Positions 38,907-49,007 of a DNA stretch of 64,000 bases are shown in pieces. The stretch is from an uncultured Bacteroidota bacterium. GTDB lineage: Bacteria; Bacteroidota; Bacteroidia; Bacteroidales; UBA12481. Every line of letters starts with the position of its first letter. The first letter of the stretch is position 1. The notes beneath the pieces are model-generated. The model searched no databases, was not told the origin of the DNA, and saw only the letters and a list, made by a program, of their open reading frames with translations. A program made the translations under genes and the position numbers. The DNA is taken from contig CAINOB010000002.1 in NCBI GenBank assembly GCA_903851365.1, positions 12,051-76,050 on the forward strand, given 5' to 3'.

Positions 38907-40436
38907 TTATTTCAATGCGCTGCGCCCCTCAACTTTACTCTTTTCCAGCAGCGCCTTCAATTCGGCAACGATCTCCGGGTGTTTGAAATAGAGATTCACT
39001 GTTTCCCCTGGATCGGTTTCGAGGTTGTAAAGCTGGCCCGGTGCATCGGGCGAATTGTCAGGAAGGGCGAAGGGTTTGAGCTCGGGATTGTTGTAGTTAT
39101 TCCCGCCCGAGCCGCGATGATCGAGGTATTTCCAGGGGCCCTTGCGGATGGCGAGCGCCAGACTGATGGTCTGATGCAGGGTGTATGGGCGGATACTGTT
39201 ATCACTCTTTTTGCCGAGCAGTAAGGGAAGAATATCAAAGCTGTCCTGGGCGGCGCTATCAGGCAGAACGGTGCCGGTAATAGCAGCACATGTCGCCATG
39301 ATATCGGTGAGGCAGACTGTTTCATCGCTCGTTGTGCCGGATGCGATTTTACCTGGCCAGCGAACGATGAAGGGAACCCGGTGGCCCCCTTCCCACTGAT
39401 CGCGTTTCATCCCGCGCCAGGGCCGTGCCCCGTCATGGTCATAGTCGGCACGCATGTGAACCACTGCTGTAGTTTCCGGACCGTTGTCGCTGGAAAACAT
39501 AACTATCGTGTTGTCTGCCAACGCAAGCTGCTCGAGAGTTTTCATCAACTCACCCACGATGTAATCGAGTTCATGGATGAAATCCCCGTGGGGTCCGGCC
39601 TTTGTGCTGCCCTGAAACTGCTTTGAGGCGAAAGAGGGCAGATGCACCGCATTCATTGCGTGGTATAGGAAAAATGGTTTATCCGGCTGATTTTTTGCGT
39701 GTTGTTCCAGGAACTCCCGGCTCTTTTTCAGGAAAACCATATCCAATTCTTCCAGGTCATAGTTTGGGGCGATCATGCCCTCGCGGTTGTCGTTGGCATA
39801 CGGGTGTTTGGGCAGCTTCGATTTGTCGAGCATCCCGGTGGGAGGTACCGGAATGCGATCACCATCAATGAAGGCATAAAGAAAATCAGTGGCCGGGCAG
39901 CATGCAGTACCGAAAAACTGGTCGAAACCCCGATTAATCGGCCCGTCCGGAATTGCCCGTGAATAATCGATCATCTTCACGCCTTCAACGTCTTGTTTCG
40001 TGATGCGCTGCCCATCCTTGTCAAAGAAACTCAGTCCGACATGCCACTTGCCTGTCATCGCGGTGGCATATCCCTGGTTGCGGAGCATCTGCGGCAATGT
40101 CAGCTGATCTTCAGTGATGAGGCAAGGCCCACCTACACCGGCAAATACCCCTTTATAGGGGATACGGAAGGCCATCCGGCCTGTCAGCAGGCCATACCGG
40201 CTGGGTGTAGAAACGGTGGACGGAGAATGCGCATCGGTGAACCGGATACCTTGCTTTGCAAGTCGATCGAGGTTTGGTGTGGCGACTTTGGATTCCGAAT
40301 TGTAGCAACCGATATCACCATAGCCAAGGTCGTCGGCGAGAATAATTATGATGTTGGGTTTCGCCTGCTTTGGCGTATCAGCAGCCTGAGAAGCCAATGG
40401 GGTGAGCAGGAGAGTGGTGAGAAGGGTTGATTTCAT
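38907..40436 (-). CDS. Sulfatase family protein, apparent Ser-type (S-T-P-S-R) formylglycine motif, secreted
   Basis: Signal peptide present. Sulfatase blocks NIIIILADDLGYGD, AHSPSTVSTPSRYGLLTGR, GKWHVG and SDNGPE. The codon at 40209-40211 is TCT (Ser) where Cys is usual. Confidence 0.85.
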   Translation of the reverse strand: MKSTLLTTLLLTPLASQAADTPKQAKPNIIIILADDLGYGDIGCYNSESKVATPNLDRLAKQGIRFTDAHSPSTVSTPSRYGLLTGRMAFRIPYKGVFAGVGGPCLITEDQLTLPQMLRNQGYATAMTGKWHVGLSFFDKDGQRITKQDVEGVKMIDYSRAIPDGPINRGFDQFFGTACCPATDFLYAFIDGDRIPVPPTGMLDKSKLPKHPYANDNREGMIAPNYDLEELDMVFLKKSREFLEQHAKNQPDKPFFLYHAMNAVHLPSFASKQFQGSTKAGPHGDFIHELDYIVGELMKTLEQLALADNTIVMFSSDNGPETTAVVHMRADYDHDGARPWRGMKRDQWEGGHRVPFIVRWPGKIASGTTSDETVCLTDIMATCAAITGTVLPDSAAQDSFDILPLLLGKKSDNSIRPYTLHQTISLALAIRKGPWKYLDHRGSGGNNYNNPELKPFALPDNSPDAPGQLYNLETDPGETVNLYFKHPEIVAELKALLEKSKVEGRSALK

Positions 40437-42445
40437 CGAAGTAAATTAATCTCCTGTTTATCAGTCGGTTTTGTAATGCCGGGCCAGTCATCGGTACGGA
40501 ACGGCACAGCAGGCAGGTTTTCCTTGTTGTAAAGGTTGCATACCGGATTATCAGCCCACCCATATCGGACAGCTACAGGGGCGGGAACCTGAGGTGAAGA
40601 AAGCAATACGGCTGATCCGTCAATTACTGCATTTGCCCAGACGAACTTCCTATCGGCACCGGCAATCGCAAATCCGGTTAATTTATCTCCTTTGGCGATG
40701 AGCCCGCTTTGGGCGTGATCAAAAGTGAGCCTGATACCTTTGGGAGTAATTTCCATGGATTTGTACCATGGTCCCGACCATTCGATATTCTTTCCGTACG
40801 TGTTGGCCAGAGCGCTTAATGCCAGCCGGCGTCCAACTTCCAGTTTGTTTCGAGGATGGATGTTCGCTGCATCACCGATATCGATGGCCATGGCGATACC
40901 GCATCCGGGCATCGCTTTTGCGGCTACAGCCTGTGCTTCACGCAGTTCTGCCCAAGCGCTTTCTTGCGGCACATCAGATGTTTTCATGAAATTGGCCAGT
41001 GAAACGATATGGAATCCGAAGTCGCCGACACCGAAGCGGGCGCGCCAGTCGGAGATCATCGTTTGGAGCAAAGTGCTGTATTGATAGGCCCTGTCGGCGT
41101 TACTCTCGCCTTGGTACCAGATGGCTCCCTTAATGGCAAAAGGTAAAAGGGGCGCGATCATTCCGTTGTACAGCACCGAGCAGACGTTTGGGTTACCGAT
41201 CAGCGGGGCTCCGGTGGCAGCGCGGGCGGCAGTTTCCTGAACCCGCCACAGACCAGCAAGTGTGATGGCAGAGGATTCATCTCCGGATGGGTAGGCCTTC
41301 ATTTGTTCAGCCGGGCCGAAAAAACCGCCGCCTCCGGAATTCACCACTCTCATGGAAATTATGTTTGTGCCTGGTTTAATCACCGTGGCCGGCACTTTGT
41401 AGATTCGCGGCTTATCAAAGTTATCTGTGTGACCCACAGGGATTCCGTTAACCCAGGTAATATCGCAGTCGCCGATTGTACCAAAGCTGAGGACGACCTC
41501 TTTGCCGCTCCAATTGGAAGGCACTTCAAATGTGTGATGCACCCAGACAACGCCTTCATAACCGGGTATTCCGCACTTTTGCCAGTCAGCGGGCATGTTT
41601 GCCGTTTTCCAGGAGGATACATCGGTTTCCGTTTTGAACCAGGCATTTGTGGTCCCAGGGTCATGGGTTTGGTACCATTTATCCATTACTGCACCGAGCT
41701 GATCTTTTTCGGGAGAGGCTGTCACCTCTTTCACCCGTTCCAGGTCGGATGCGAAATCTGACAGCGGAGCCAGCGCTCCGGCACTGGTCCACGCCTCGCA
41801 GACTGTACCACCCCAGCAAGTTTCAATAAGGCCGATCGGAACATTAAGTTCGCTGTGAAGGTCCCGGCCGAAGAAATAGGCCGCGGCTGAGAATCCTCCC
41901 GAGGGGCCTTTTATGATGGTTGCCGGACTGCATAGCTGCCAGCTGCAACTGAGCGTGGCTTCCGGCGTGTAGGCAATCTTCTGGGGCACGGTCAACAAGC
42001 GGATCCCTGGATAATTAGCAGCAGCGATCTCGTCGGGTACCCTGCACAATCCGATGCCCATCTCCATGTTCGACTGGCCGGAACAAATCCATACATCACC
42101 GACGAGAATGTCGGAGATTTGAGATTTCAATTTGCGATCGGTCGATTGCACATTGAGTACCCGGCCTTTTCTGCTTGCCGCCATGGGATCGAGGCGGGCC
42201 ATCCATTTACCGTCGGCTGCCGCGGTGGCATTTTTCTTTTGTCCCGCAAAGCTGACTGTGACCGTTGCACCGGGCTGAGCCCATCCCCAGACAGGCACCC
42301 TGAAATCGCGCTGCAGAACAGCATGATCGGCGAAAAGAGGATGCAGCAGTGGTTTTTCATCAACAACGGAGGCGCTAACCATGATGGTAAAAGCGAAGAG
42401 CAGAAGGCTAGTAAGACAAAAAGCGGAAAAATATTTTGAAATCAT
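40433..42445 (-). CDS. Sialate O-acetylesterase-like (SASA/DUF303) carbohydrate esterase with inserted beta-sandwich domain
   Basis: Signal peptide present. The GDVWICSGQSNME motif and length are typical of Bacteroidota 9-O-acetylesterase-like enzymes. Its stop overlaps the sulfatase start by 4 nt. Confidence 0.75.
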   Translation of the reverse strand: MISKYFSAFCLTSLLLFAFTIMVSASVVDEKPLLHPLFADHAVLQRDFRVPVWGWAQPGATVTVSFAGQKKNATAAADGKWMARLDPMAASRKGRVLNVQSTDRKLKSQISDILVGDVWICSGQSNMEMGIGLCRVPDEIAAANYPGIRLLTVPQKIAYTPEATLSCSWQLCSPATIIKGPSGGFSAAAYFFGRDLHSELNVPIGLIETCWGGTVCEAWTSAGALAPLSDFASDLERVKEVTASPEKDQLGAVMDKWYQTHDPGTTNAWFKTETDVSSWKTANMPADWQKCGIPGYEGVVWVHHTFEVPSNWSGKEVVLSFGTIGDCDITWVNGIPVGHTDNFDKPRIYKVPATVIKPGTNIISMRVVNSGGGGFFGPAEQMKAYPSGDESSAITLAGLWRVQETAARAATGAPLIGNPNVCSVLYNGMIAPLLPFAIKGAIWYQGESNADRAYQYSTLLQTMISDWRARFGVGDFGFHIVSLANFMKTSDVPQESAWAELREAQAVAAKAMPGCGIAMAIDIGDAANIHPRNKLEVGRRLALSALANTYGKNIEWSGPWYKSMEITPKGIRLTFDHAQSGLIAKGDKLTGFAIAGADRKFVWANAVIDGSAVLLSSPQVPAPVAVRYGWADNPVCNLYNKENLPAVPFRTDDWPGITKPTDKQEINLLR

Positions 42446-42447
42446 AC

Positions 42448-44838
42448 TCAGGGTTTATTAAAGTTGATTTGCCAGGAGACCTCCCCATTATCCGGGCGCT
42501 CAAGGATGATTTGTACCAGCCCATCGGCGGGGTGTTTTTGAAGTTTTGCCTTTGCCCCGGAAGCTGTTACGCGGGTTGCTTTGCTGCCATTGCCGGCCAC
42601 AACGATTTTGAAAGGTTCGCCGCCGATCACCTTGGCTACGCCTGACAAACTATTTCCTTTGGCGTCCCACTTAACATTGGCCAGATCCACCCAGCCTTGA
42701 AGCACATGGCGGTTAGTGGATAAAACCTGCGGATTCGATTGAACCTTTCGGATGGAGAGCATGGCGCAATGGGTAGGCCCTAAAAGTTTCTCAATTTTTG
42801 CGGTACCGGAATACTTGCCGACTAACGAGTCCGACCAGAATTCATAAACATAATAGGATGCAGCGGGATCGAGTCCGATGGCTCCGGCAACATGTTCACC
42901 GCTGAGTGCCGCCGAAATCATATCAGTTCTGGCCGTGTCGGGATTGAACAATGCCACCTGATGCCACTCGGGCGTCAATTCGAGATCGTACACACGCGGA
43001 TTGGCAATGCCGGTAAAGGCATCCAGGGGACGTGCGCTGTGCGGCTCACGATACAGCGGATAGATGCGTGTGACATCATGGAGGATCTCCGGCGTGAACA
43101 AACGGAAAGACGTTGCGAGTTCCAGTCGCCCGCTGGTTAGAAAAATCATGGTGAGGAGCGATTGGCGTACTTTGGGCGTGCGGTTATGTACCGCTTTGCT
43201 GTCGGGGTAGTAGTTGAACACCACGCGGTTTTTATACCAGCGCAGGCCGCATGTGGTCACCATGCCGGGTACATACTCGTTCGAGTCTCCCCAAACCCGC
43301 TGCATGTCCACCAAGCCCGCGGTAACGTCCAGCATAGGCCGGCCGGTTTCCCCCAGATTACGCTCGTGTATGAAAGCATCCGGGCCCAACCCTTCGCGGC
43401 ACAGACGGAACACTTCGCGGTAGGCAAAAGCAGTAGTGGCATATTTGTTTTCGAAACCTCCCTCCGGCCGCCAGCCGGTCTCGGGGTAGTCGAATTTGAT
43501 GCCGGTCATACCGTCGTTCTTAAGCCGTTGCCAGGTCGACAGAACGTGTTTCTGAAAATCCGGATCGGTATAGTCGTAGGTTACTAACGGCTGATGATGC
43601 GGATGTTTGACTTGCAGCCGGGAAATATCGTTGAACAGCATGTGGCCGGGGAAGGCCCGGGCGTAATCGTCTGACGGCAGGCCAACCTGGAAGTAAGTGA
43701 ATGGGATGCCGCCACGCGCTTTTAGTGCTGCACACCACTTGGCAAATGTTTCATACGGGGCGACCAAATGTCCATATTTCGACCAGTGCGCATCATCCCA
43801 CCACCCCTGTTCCGTATTGCCGTCCTTATAGCAATAGGTATCCGGCTCCAGGCGGATGGCAACTTTGGTATATTTGGTAATGCCCGCCTTTTGCCCCATC
43901 TCCAGCTCTGAAATCAACGCCACGCTGTTATTGATGTCGCCGAGTCCGCTCAGCGCTCCCACCGCCCAGCCACATAATGTTGGGAAATCATAAATGTTAG
44001 GTCGTGCATTGTTTGCCACCCGCATGGCAAGGCCATAGGTTTCAAGAGCAATAAAAGGATCAGGCTGCGTGACATCAAGATAAAAGTTGTCTTCTGAAAA
44101 ATAGGTTTCCCCCGGATTCACTAAACGACCCACAGGGTCCTCAGCCCTCATATCAATTTTACCGTCACGCAGGGCAACCCATTTCCCAAACTCTTTGTTA
44201 GCCAGACCACCCCACACCAGCGACAACCGTTTCCCATCGGCAAAACACGTTAATAGCAGGCTGTTTGGACAAGCCCGGTTCAGCCCCTTCTCGATACGCG
44301 GGACATCGGCACCCGCAGCCCCGTTGAGCGTTTGCGGCACCTCCAGCAACTTTCCGGACAACACCCGTCCATGCATCATCGGCGAAGCCTTCATCAATCG
44401 GGCTCCCTGCGGCATGATATTCCGTATGCCAAAACCCATGACTACACCCCCCCTTCCATCATACACCGCAAAACTGAAGATATATACCGGGATCGACCGG
44501 GTCCCCGGATGCTCCATCTCAACTACCAAACGGTGTCCGTGGCCAAGCGCATCATTGACCTCCTCCTGTTTCCCTGTGAATCTCATACCATCGGTATTGC
44601 CCCATGAATCCGCTGACACTCCAGCCTGGTCAATAATCAATTGCCCGGTTGCCTTGTCGGTAATCGTATACATGCCATTGGACATATCGAATGCCAGGGA
44701 AACAATTTCATTGGAAAGGACTACCTGACCAGACGTTTCATCCTGATTCAATTCAATGGCAGCCATCTTTGCGGGAGCAAAAACCAAACCTATTGACAGT
44801 ATAACTGATAAAGAGAGAATTCGCCTGATGTTGATCAT
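42448..44838 (-). CDS. Putative glycoside hydrolase, alpha-galactosidase-like (clan GH-D TIM barrel), family uncertain
   Basis: The start at the ATG 44836-44838 (MINIRRILSLSVIL, signal peptide) overlaps the upstream stop by 1 nt (TAATG). The blocks FPTLCGWAV, MTGIKFDYPETGW and MQRVWGDSNE resemble the strand-end motifs carrying the nucleophile and acid/base in GH27/31/36-type barrels. Confidence 0.45.
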   Translation of the reverse strand: MINIRRILSLSVILSIGLVFAPAKMAAIELNQDETSGQVVLSNEIVSLAFDMSNGMYTITDKATGQLIIDQAGVSADSWGNTDGMRFTGKQEEVNDALGHGHRLVVEMEHPGTRSIPVYIFSFAVYDGRGGVVMGFGIRNIMPQGARLMKASPMMHGRVLSGKLLEVPQTLNGAAGADVPRIEKGLNRACPNSLLLTCFADGKRLSLVWGGLANKEFGKWVALRDGKIDMRAEDPVGRLVNPGETYFSEDNFYLDVTQPDPFIALETYGLAMRVANNARPNIYDFPTLCGWAVGALSGLGDINNSVALISELEMGQKAGITKYTKVAIRLEPDTYCYKDGNTEQGWWDDAHWSKYGHLVAPYETFAKWCAALKARGGIPFTYFQVGLPSDDYARAFPGHMLFNDISRLQVKHPHHQPLVTYDYTDPDFQKHVLSTWQRLKNDGMTGIKFDYPETGWRPEGGFENKYATTAFAYREVFRLCREGLGPDAFIHERNLGETGRPMLDVTAGLVDMQRVWGDSNEYVPGMVTTCGLRWYKNRVVFNYYPDSKAVHNRTPKVRQSLLTMIFLTSGRLELATSFRLFTPEILHDVTRIYPLYREPHSARPLDAFTGIANPRVYDLELTPEWHQVALFNPDTARTDMISAALSGEHVAGAIGLDPAASYYVYEFWSDSLVGKYSGTAKIEKLLGPTHCAMLSIRKVQSNPQVLSTNRHVLQGWVDLANVKWDAKGNSLSGVAKVIGGEPFKIVVAGNGSKATRVTASGAKAKLQKHPADGLVQIILERPDNGEVSWQINFNKP

Positions 44839-47318
44839 TATTGCTCTATGTTTTGAATATTGATAGTACCTGATTGTAAATCCTTTGCCCGGCATTGAAC
44901 GGATATCGTTCCTTTCCCTTTCGGACGGATAGTCAGCAGCAATCTTCCTTCGTAAGCTTCGCGTTTGTTTTGTTTGTACAATTCATGACTGAACTGGTTT
45001 CCCGAATCCAATCCGATCAATTCACCCGCGCCAGCTACATCAACAGTTATCTCGTTTTTTGCTAATGGACAGCGTGTGCCCTTTTCATCCTGGATCTCAA
45101 GGGTAAGAAAAACAAGTCGTTCGCTTTCCGGGCCATCGGATTTCCATTCCTCTTTTAAACCCAGTTTTTTTGGTTCACCCGCCGTTTTTAATGTATGGGT
45201 GGCGACTATCTGGTTTTTGTTAAAGGCTTTTGCAATCAGTTCACCCTGTTTATAATTAACAAGATAGATGGCCTGATAGGTATTTGGATTCACTGCCTTT
45301 TTCCCAAGGCTTTTACCGTTTTGATATAACTCAACTTTTTCAGTGTTGCTGTATACAAAAACCGTATCCACCTCCCCCGGATTAAAATTCCAGTGCGAGG
45401 CAACGTTGTAGCTGCGCCACTCGAAGTCGTCTTTTACTTTCAGGTTTACTGCGATGTGAACCATCGGTTTTTCCGACCAAAATGCCTGCCAGTAGTAATA
45501 CAAGGGTTTTTCGAAACCGGCGATATCAATCAGTCCCCATTCCCAGCCTCGACGGGGCCAGCCGAGCGCTTCTCCTAAATAATCTATCCCCACCCACAGG
45601 AACAGGCCGACAACATTTGGATTATCGCGCACAGCAAGCCAGTTTTCGAGAGTCAGGTAGTTCTCAGCGCCAAGCAGAATCCGGTTTGGATAGCGGGCAT
45701 GTTCTTCGCGATAATGCTCCTTAAAATACCGATCGGGATAATTATATCCGGCGACATCCATGGTGTCGAAAAATCCATTAGCATTTGCCCAGGGCGACCA
45801 ATCGCAAGTGGCTGTTATCATGCGGGTATTATCCTCCTCTTTTGCCCAATCGATAAGCTTTTTCAGGGTTTTGGGCCCATCAGGATATCGCTGGTCAGGC
45901 ACTTCATTTCCCACCGAATACATAAATACGGAGGGATGATTCCGATCACGCCTGACCATATCCTTCAAATCGGTTTCTGCCCATTGGTTGAAGAAAATGT
46001 GATAGGTGTATTTGTTCTTACCTGCCGGATCTTCCGTCTGGCCATAGTGCCAGGTATGGTTCCATTCATCAAAAGCTTCCGCCATCATATACATACCCTT
46101 TTCATCGCACACCTCAATAAAGGCAGGGTCAACCGGTCCGTGTGTGCGGATGGCATTGCAGCCCTGCGCCTTCAGCTTGTCAAGCCGGTATCGCCAAACG
46201 TCCTTGGGGACTGCGGTTCCAAAAGAACCGGCATCTTTGTGGAGGCATACCCCTTTAATAATCACTTTCTCTCCGTTTACAACCAGTCCCTGATCTTTAT
46301 TGAAAACAATAGTACGAATTCCCACTTTCTGCTGCTCAGTATCGACCAGGCGGTTCTCAATCCACAACTGAAGCTCCAGCGTGTAGAGATATGGGTTTTT
46401 ATCCGACCAAAGCACTGGATTTTTAGCTTCAATATTCAGGGTGGATTTTACCGATGTGTAATCGCTAAGGTCACAGCTATCGATGGCTTTAGTAAAAATG
46501 CCACCATCCCTGCCTTTCAGAAGTGCAACTATCCGGGCTTTTTTCAGCACTTTTTTCCATTCTTCAGGAAACCGCTGGAAATTAACTTTCATGCTCTCGG
46601 TATAATTGTTGGAAATTACCTCGCAATCTACCTTGAGCCTGGCAACGTTGCCATTTGCTGAAATGGTCCTGAAAAAGGTGCCGAAGGATTTAAAATGCTG
46701 CTGCCCGGTAATAAAAAGACGGACGTTCCGGTTAATTCCGGAACCGGTGTACCATCTGCAATTATTAATCAATGAATTATCCACCTTAACGGCAATCACG
46801 TTGGTTTTCCCATCATATTTTAAAAAGGGTGTTAAATCGTATTCAAAAGTGCTGAATCCATACGGACGGTTTCCCAGGTATATGCCATTCAGATATACCG
46901 ATGAGTTCATATAAACCCCATCAAACCTGATTTTAATCCGTTTCCCTTTTGAACCCTCCGGTACTACAAAATGCTTACGATAACAACCGATCCCATAAGG
47001 CAGATAGCCGCCTGATGCACCGCTTGGGTTTGCCTCCGCAAATTGTCCTTCTACCGACCAATCGTGAGGAACATCCAAACGACGCCATCCGGAATCATCA
47101 AACTCAGGGACGTAAAAACCAGGGGATTCGCCTAAATAAAATAGCCAGTCTGCATTAAAGTTCAGCTGCACATCCATCACGGGTTCAGCAATCACCTCTT
47201 TACCAGCAATTTTATTGCTCTTATCACGGAAAACATTTTCATCAACCTGTGAAAAAGCACCCTGGCAGATAAAAGACAGAAGTCCGAACAGCAAAATTAA
47301 TTTACGTGACCAGTTCAT
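44838..47318 (-). CDS. GH2 family glycoside hydrolase (beta-galactosidase/beta-glucuronidase type), secreted
   Basis: Signal peptide present. GH2 blocks WRRLDVPHDWS, VYLNG, IRTHGP and NHPSVFMYSVGNEV (acid/base Glu context). Confidence 0.85.
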   Translation of the reverse strand: MNWSRKLILLFGLLSFICQGAFSQVDENVFRDKSNKIAGKEVIAEPVMDVQLNFNADWLFYLGESPGFYVPEFDDSGWRRLDVPHDWSVEGQFAEANPSGASGGYLPYGIGCYRKHFVVPEGSKGKRIKIRFDGVYMNSSVYLNGIYLGNRPYGFSTFEYDLTPFLKYDGKTNVIAVKVDNSLINNCRWYTGSGINRNVRLFITGQQHFKSFGTFFRTISANGNVARLKVDCEVISNNYTESMKVNFQRFPEEWKKVLKKARIVALLKGRDGGIFTKAIDSCDLSDYTSVKSTLNIEAKNPVLWSDKNPYLYTLELQLWIENRLVDTEQQKVGIRTIVFNKDQGLVVNGEKVIIKGVCLHKDAGSFGTAVPKDVWRYRLDKLKAQGCNAIRTHGPVDPAFIEVCDEKGMYMMAEAFDEWNHTWHYGQTEDPAGKNKYTYHIFFNQWAETDLKDMVRRDRNHPSVFMYSVGNEVPDQRYPDGPKTLKKLIDWAKEEDNTRMITATCDWSPWANANGFFDTMDVAGYNYPDRYFKEHYREEHARYPNRILLGAENYLTLENWLAVRDNPNVVGLFLWVGIDYLGEALGWPRRGWEWGLIDIAGFEKPLYYYWQAFWSEKPMVHIAVNLKVKDDFEWRSYNVASHWNFNPGEVDTVFVYSNTEKVELYQNGKSLGKKAVNPNTYQAIYLVNYKQGELIAKAFNKNQIVATHTLKTAGEPKKLGLKEEWKSDGPESERLVFLTLEIQDEKGTRCPLAKNEITVDVAGAGELIGLDSGNQFSHELYKQNKREAYEGRLLLTIRPKGKGTISVQCRAKDLQSGTINIQNIEQ

Positions 47319-47329
47319 TTGGATTTGTA

Positions 47330-48973
47330 TTATTTCTCTAATCCCTGCTGGGTAACAATGGGAACATAACCTATCTCCAGCCCTTTTGGCGGGGTGACTA
47401 GCAGAGCCGGGTCAATTTCGGCCAATTTCCCAACCAAGGGTTTAGGAAGGTATTCCCGGTTCTTAGTCCAGTTCCGGTGAAGCAGTTCCACCCGCCTTTG
47501 CATTTCTTCACGCTCCGCTTTGGTCAGATCGGCGTTGAGCAAGGCAGGCTGGTCAGCGAACCGATACCAGTAGTAGGTTAACGTGCTGCCGTCTCCAAGT
47601 TTCACTTTGAACGGACCGGCTGCGGGGCCGGGGGTTTTCCAGCAACTCGTTTTTTCATCAGGAGTCACATAAGCCACAGGAGTGCGTGGTTCAGTATTGT
47701 TAAAGGTAACATTCTGAAGTCCGGTTTCAACCGGCACCTCTTTGGGCGACACGGCTATCCACTTACCAATGGTATCATTACCTTCTTTTACCAATTTATA
47801 ATATTCAGGAAGGGTTACAACAGAGCCGTTATCTGTTTTTCTCGTTGTGATAAGCTCACCTGACCAGCGGACCCTGAGGGTTGCCGAATCAGTGACATTA
47901 GCATCCATATAGGAAGTAATATTCAGTAAGGCACGTTTATTCTTGGGAATATGATCGCCATAAAGACTCCAGTTCGACCGGACCCCTTTTTGAAATTTCT
48001 GCATGGTAGCTCCTGCCAGATCAATGGTGCCATCAGCCTGTGCACCTCCTTTAAACCAGGCTTCCACTTTGTCCCAGAGCGCCTTCTTGTTGTATACCAT
48101 CAGACGGTGCAACAGATCTGAATTGCCATCGGCACCCAGGGGGTACTGTGTCGTAGCGATACGGACATAAATCTGGCCTTTAGAGTCGGTAGCTTCAGCC
48201 GAACGTATATGCTGTGTTTCCATCTGAAATGCCTTGTTGGCTTGTGTGGGGCGCTGATCGAGAAACATCCCGCTTAATTTGGGATTTTCAACGGTTGCCT
48301 GGGACCAAAAATAAGGGGTAAAGAAGGCAACCGGGCCCTTGAAATTCGCGGTATTTATAAACAGGGTCCAGCACTGATTCCCGGTAGGAACGTCGGTCCC
48401 GGCAGTGGTGGATTTAGGCTCCGTGAGCGGCAATGGGAGGTAACCGCTGCCAAACAATTCACCGCAAGTGCCCTGCTTCAGGTTTAAGCCATCGGGAGGC
48501 CATAGAAGCCAGGGACTCAGCTGAGCTGCTCCATATTTTCCTTTATCATTGCTCCAGTCTCTGCCTTGTCCGGCGCCAGGTCCATTAGCCCAACCGGCAA
48601 AGTTCAGCTGCACTCCGCCCATGATGAATTTTGGTGTTGCCGTGGCGTACTCTGTGTCGTTCCACCAGCCCAGACCTCCTTCAACATCGGTATAAAAATC
48701 CTTTTTTGTCAGAGGACTGTTATTCTGAGGAAACATCCACGAACCGAATAAGCCTGATTGAAAACTCCGGCCAGGATACTCTTTTACTAATGGAAAGGCG
48801 GCTGCATACATTGAGTAACCCGCATTGAAAGTGGTGTCAACTTTATCCACCTTCAAGATCATATACCCGCCGATATTGGCTTCGCGGATCTTGTTTTTTG
48901 TGGAGGCTTTATCCTGTGCCGAAACCATAGTGGTCAGCAGTAAGGCGATGATAATGTTAAGTAGGTATTTCAT
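47330..48973 (-). CDS. Uncharacterised secreted protein (family X), no T9SS CTD
   Basis: The ATG at 48973 gives the signal peptide MKYLLNIIIALLLTTMVSAQ; the track start 49051 would overlap the upstream gene. It is a close paralogue of 49008..50957 and ends ...GYVPIVTQQGLEK directly after the shared core. Confidence 0.7.
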   Translation of the reverse strand: MKYLLNIIIALLLTTMVSAQDKASTKNKIREANIGGYMILKVDKVDTTFNAGYSMYAAAFPLVKEYPGRSFQSGLFGSWMFPQNNSPLTKKDFYTDVEGGLGWWNDTEYATATPKFIMGGVQLNFAGWANGPGAGQGRDWSNDKGKYGAAQLSPWLLWPPDGLNLKQGTCGELFGSGYLPLPLTEPKSTTAGTDVPTGNQCWTLFINTANFKGPVAFFTPYFWSQATVENPKLSGMFLDQRPTQANKAFQMETQHIRSAEATDSKGQIYVRIATTQYPLGADGNSDLLHRLMVYNKKALWDKVEAWFKGGAQADGTIDLAGATMQKFQKGVRSNWSLYGDHIPKNKRALLNITSYMDANVTDSATLRVRWSGELITTRKTDNGSVVTLPEYYKLVKEGNDTIGKWIAVSPKEVPVETGLQNVTFNNTEPRTPVAYVTPDEKTSCWKTPGPAAGPFKVKLGDGSTLTYYWYRFADQPALLNADLTKAEREEMQRRVELLHRNWTKNREYLPKPLVGKLAEIDPALLVTPPKGLEIGYVPIVTQQGLEK

Positions 48974-49007
48974 TCGTAAATAATTTATTGTTTCAAGTGT
49001 AATTGGC

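Noticed and set aside
45699-46661. 320-aa plus-strand ORF inside the GH2 gene.
   Set aside because: It is antisense to a well-supported GH2 coding sequence. The translation is featureless and Ile/Phe/Leu-rich, as expected from the reverse frame.
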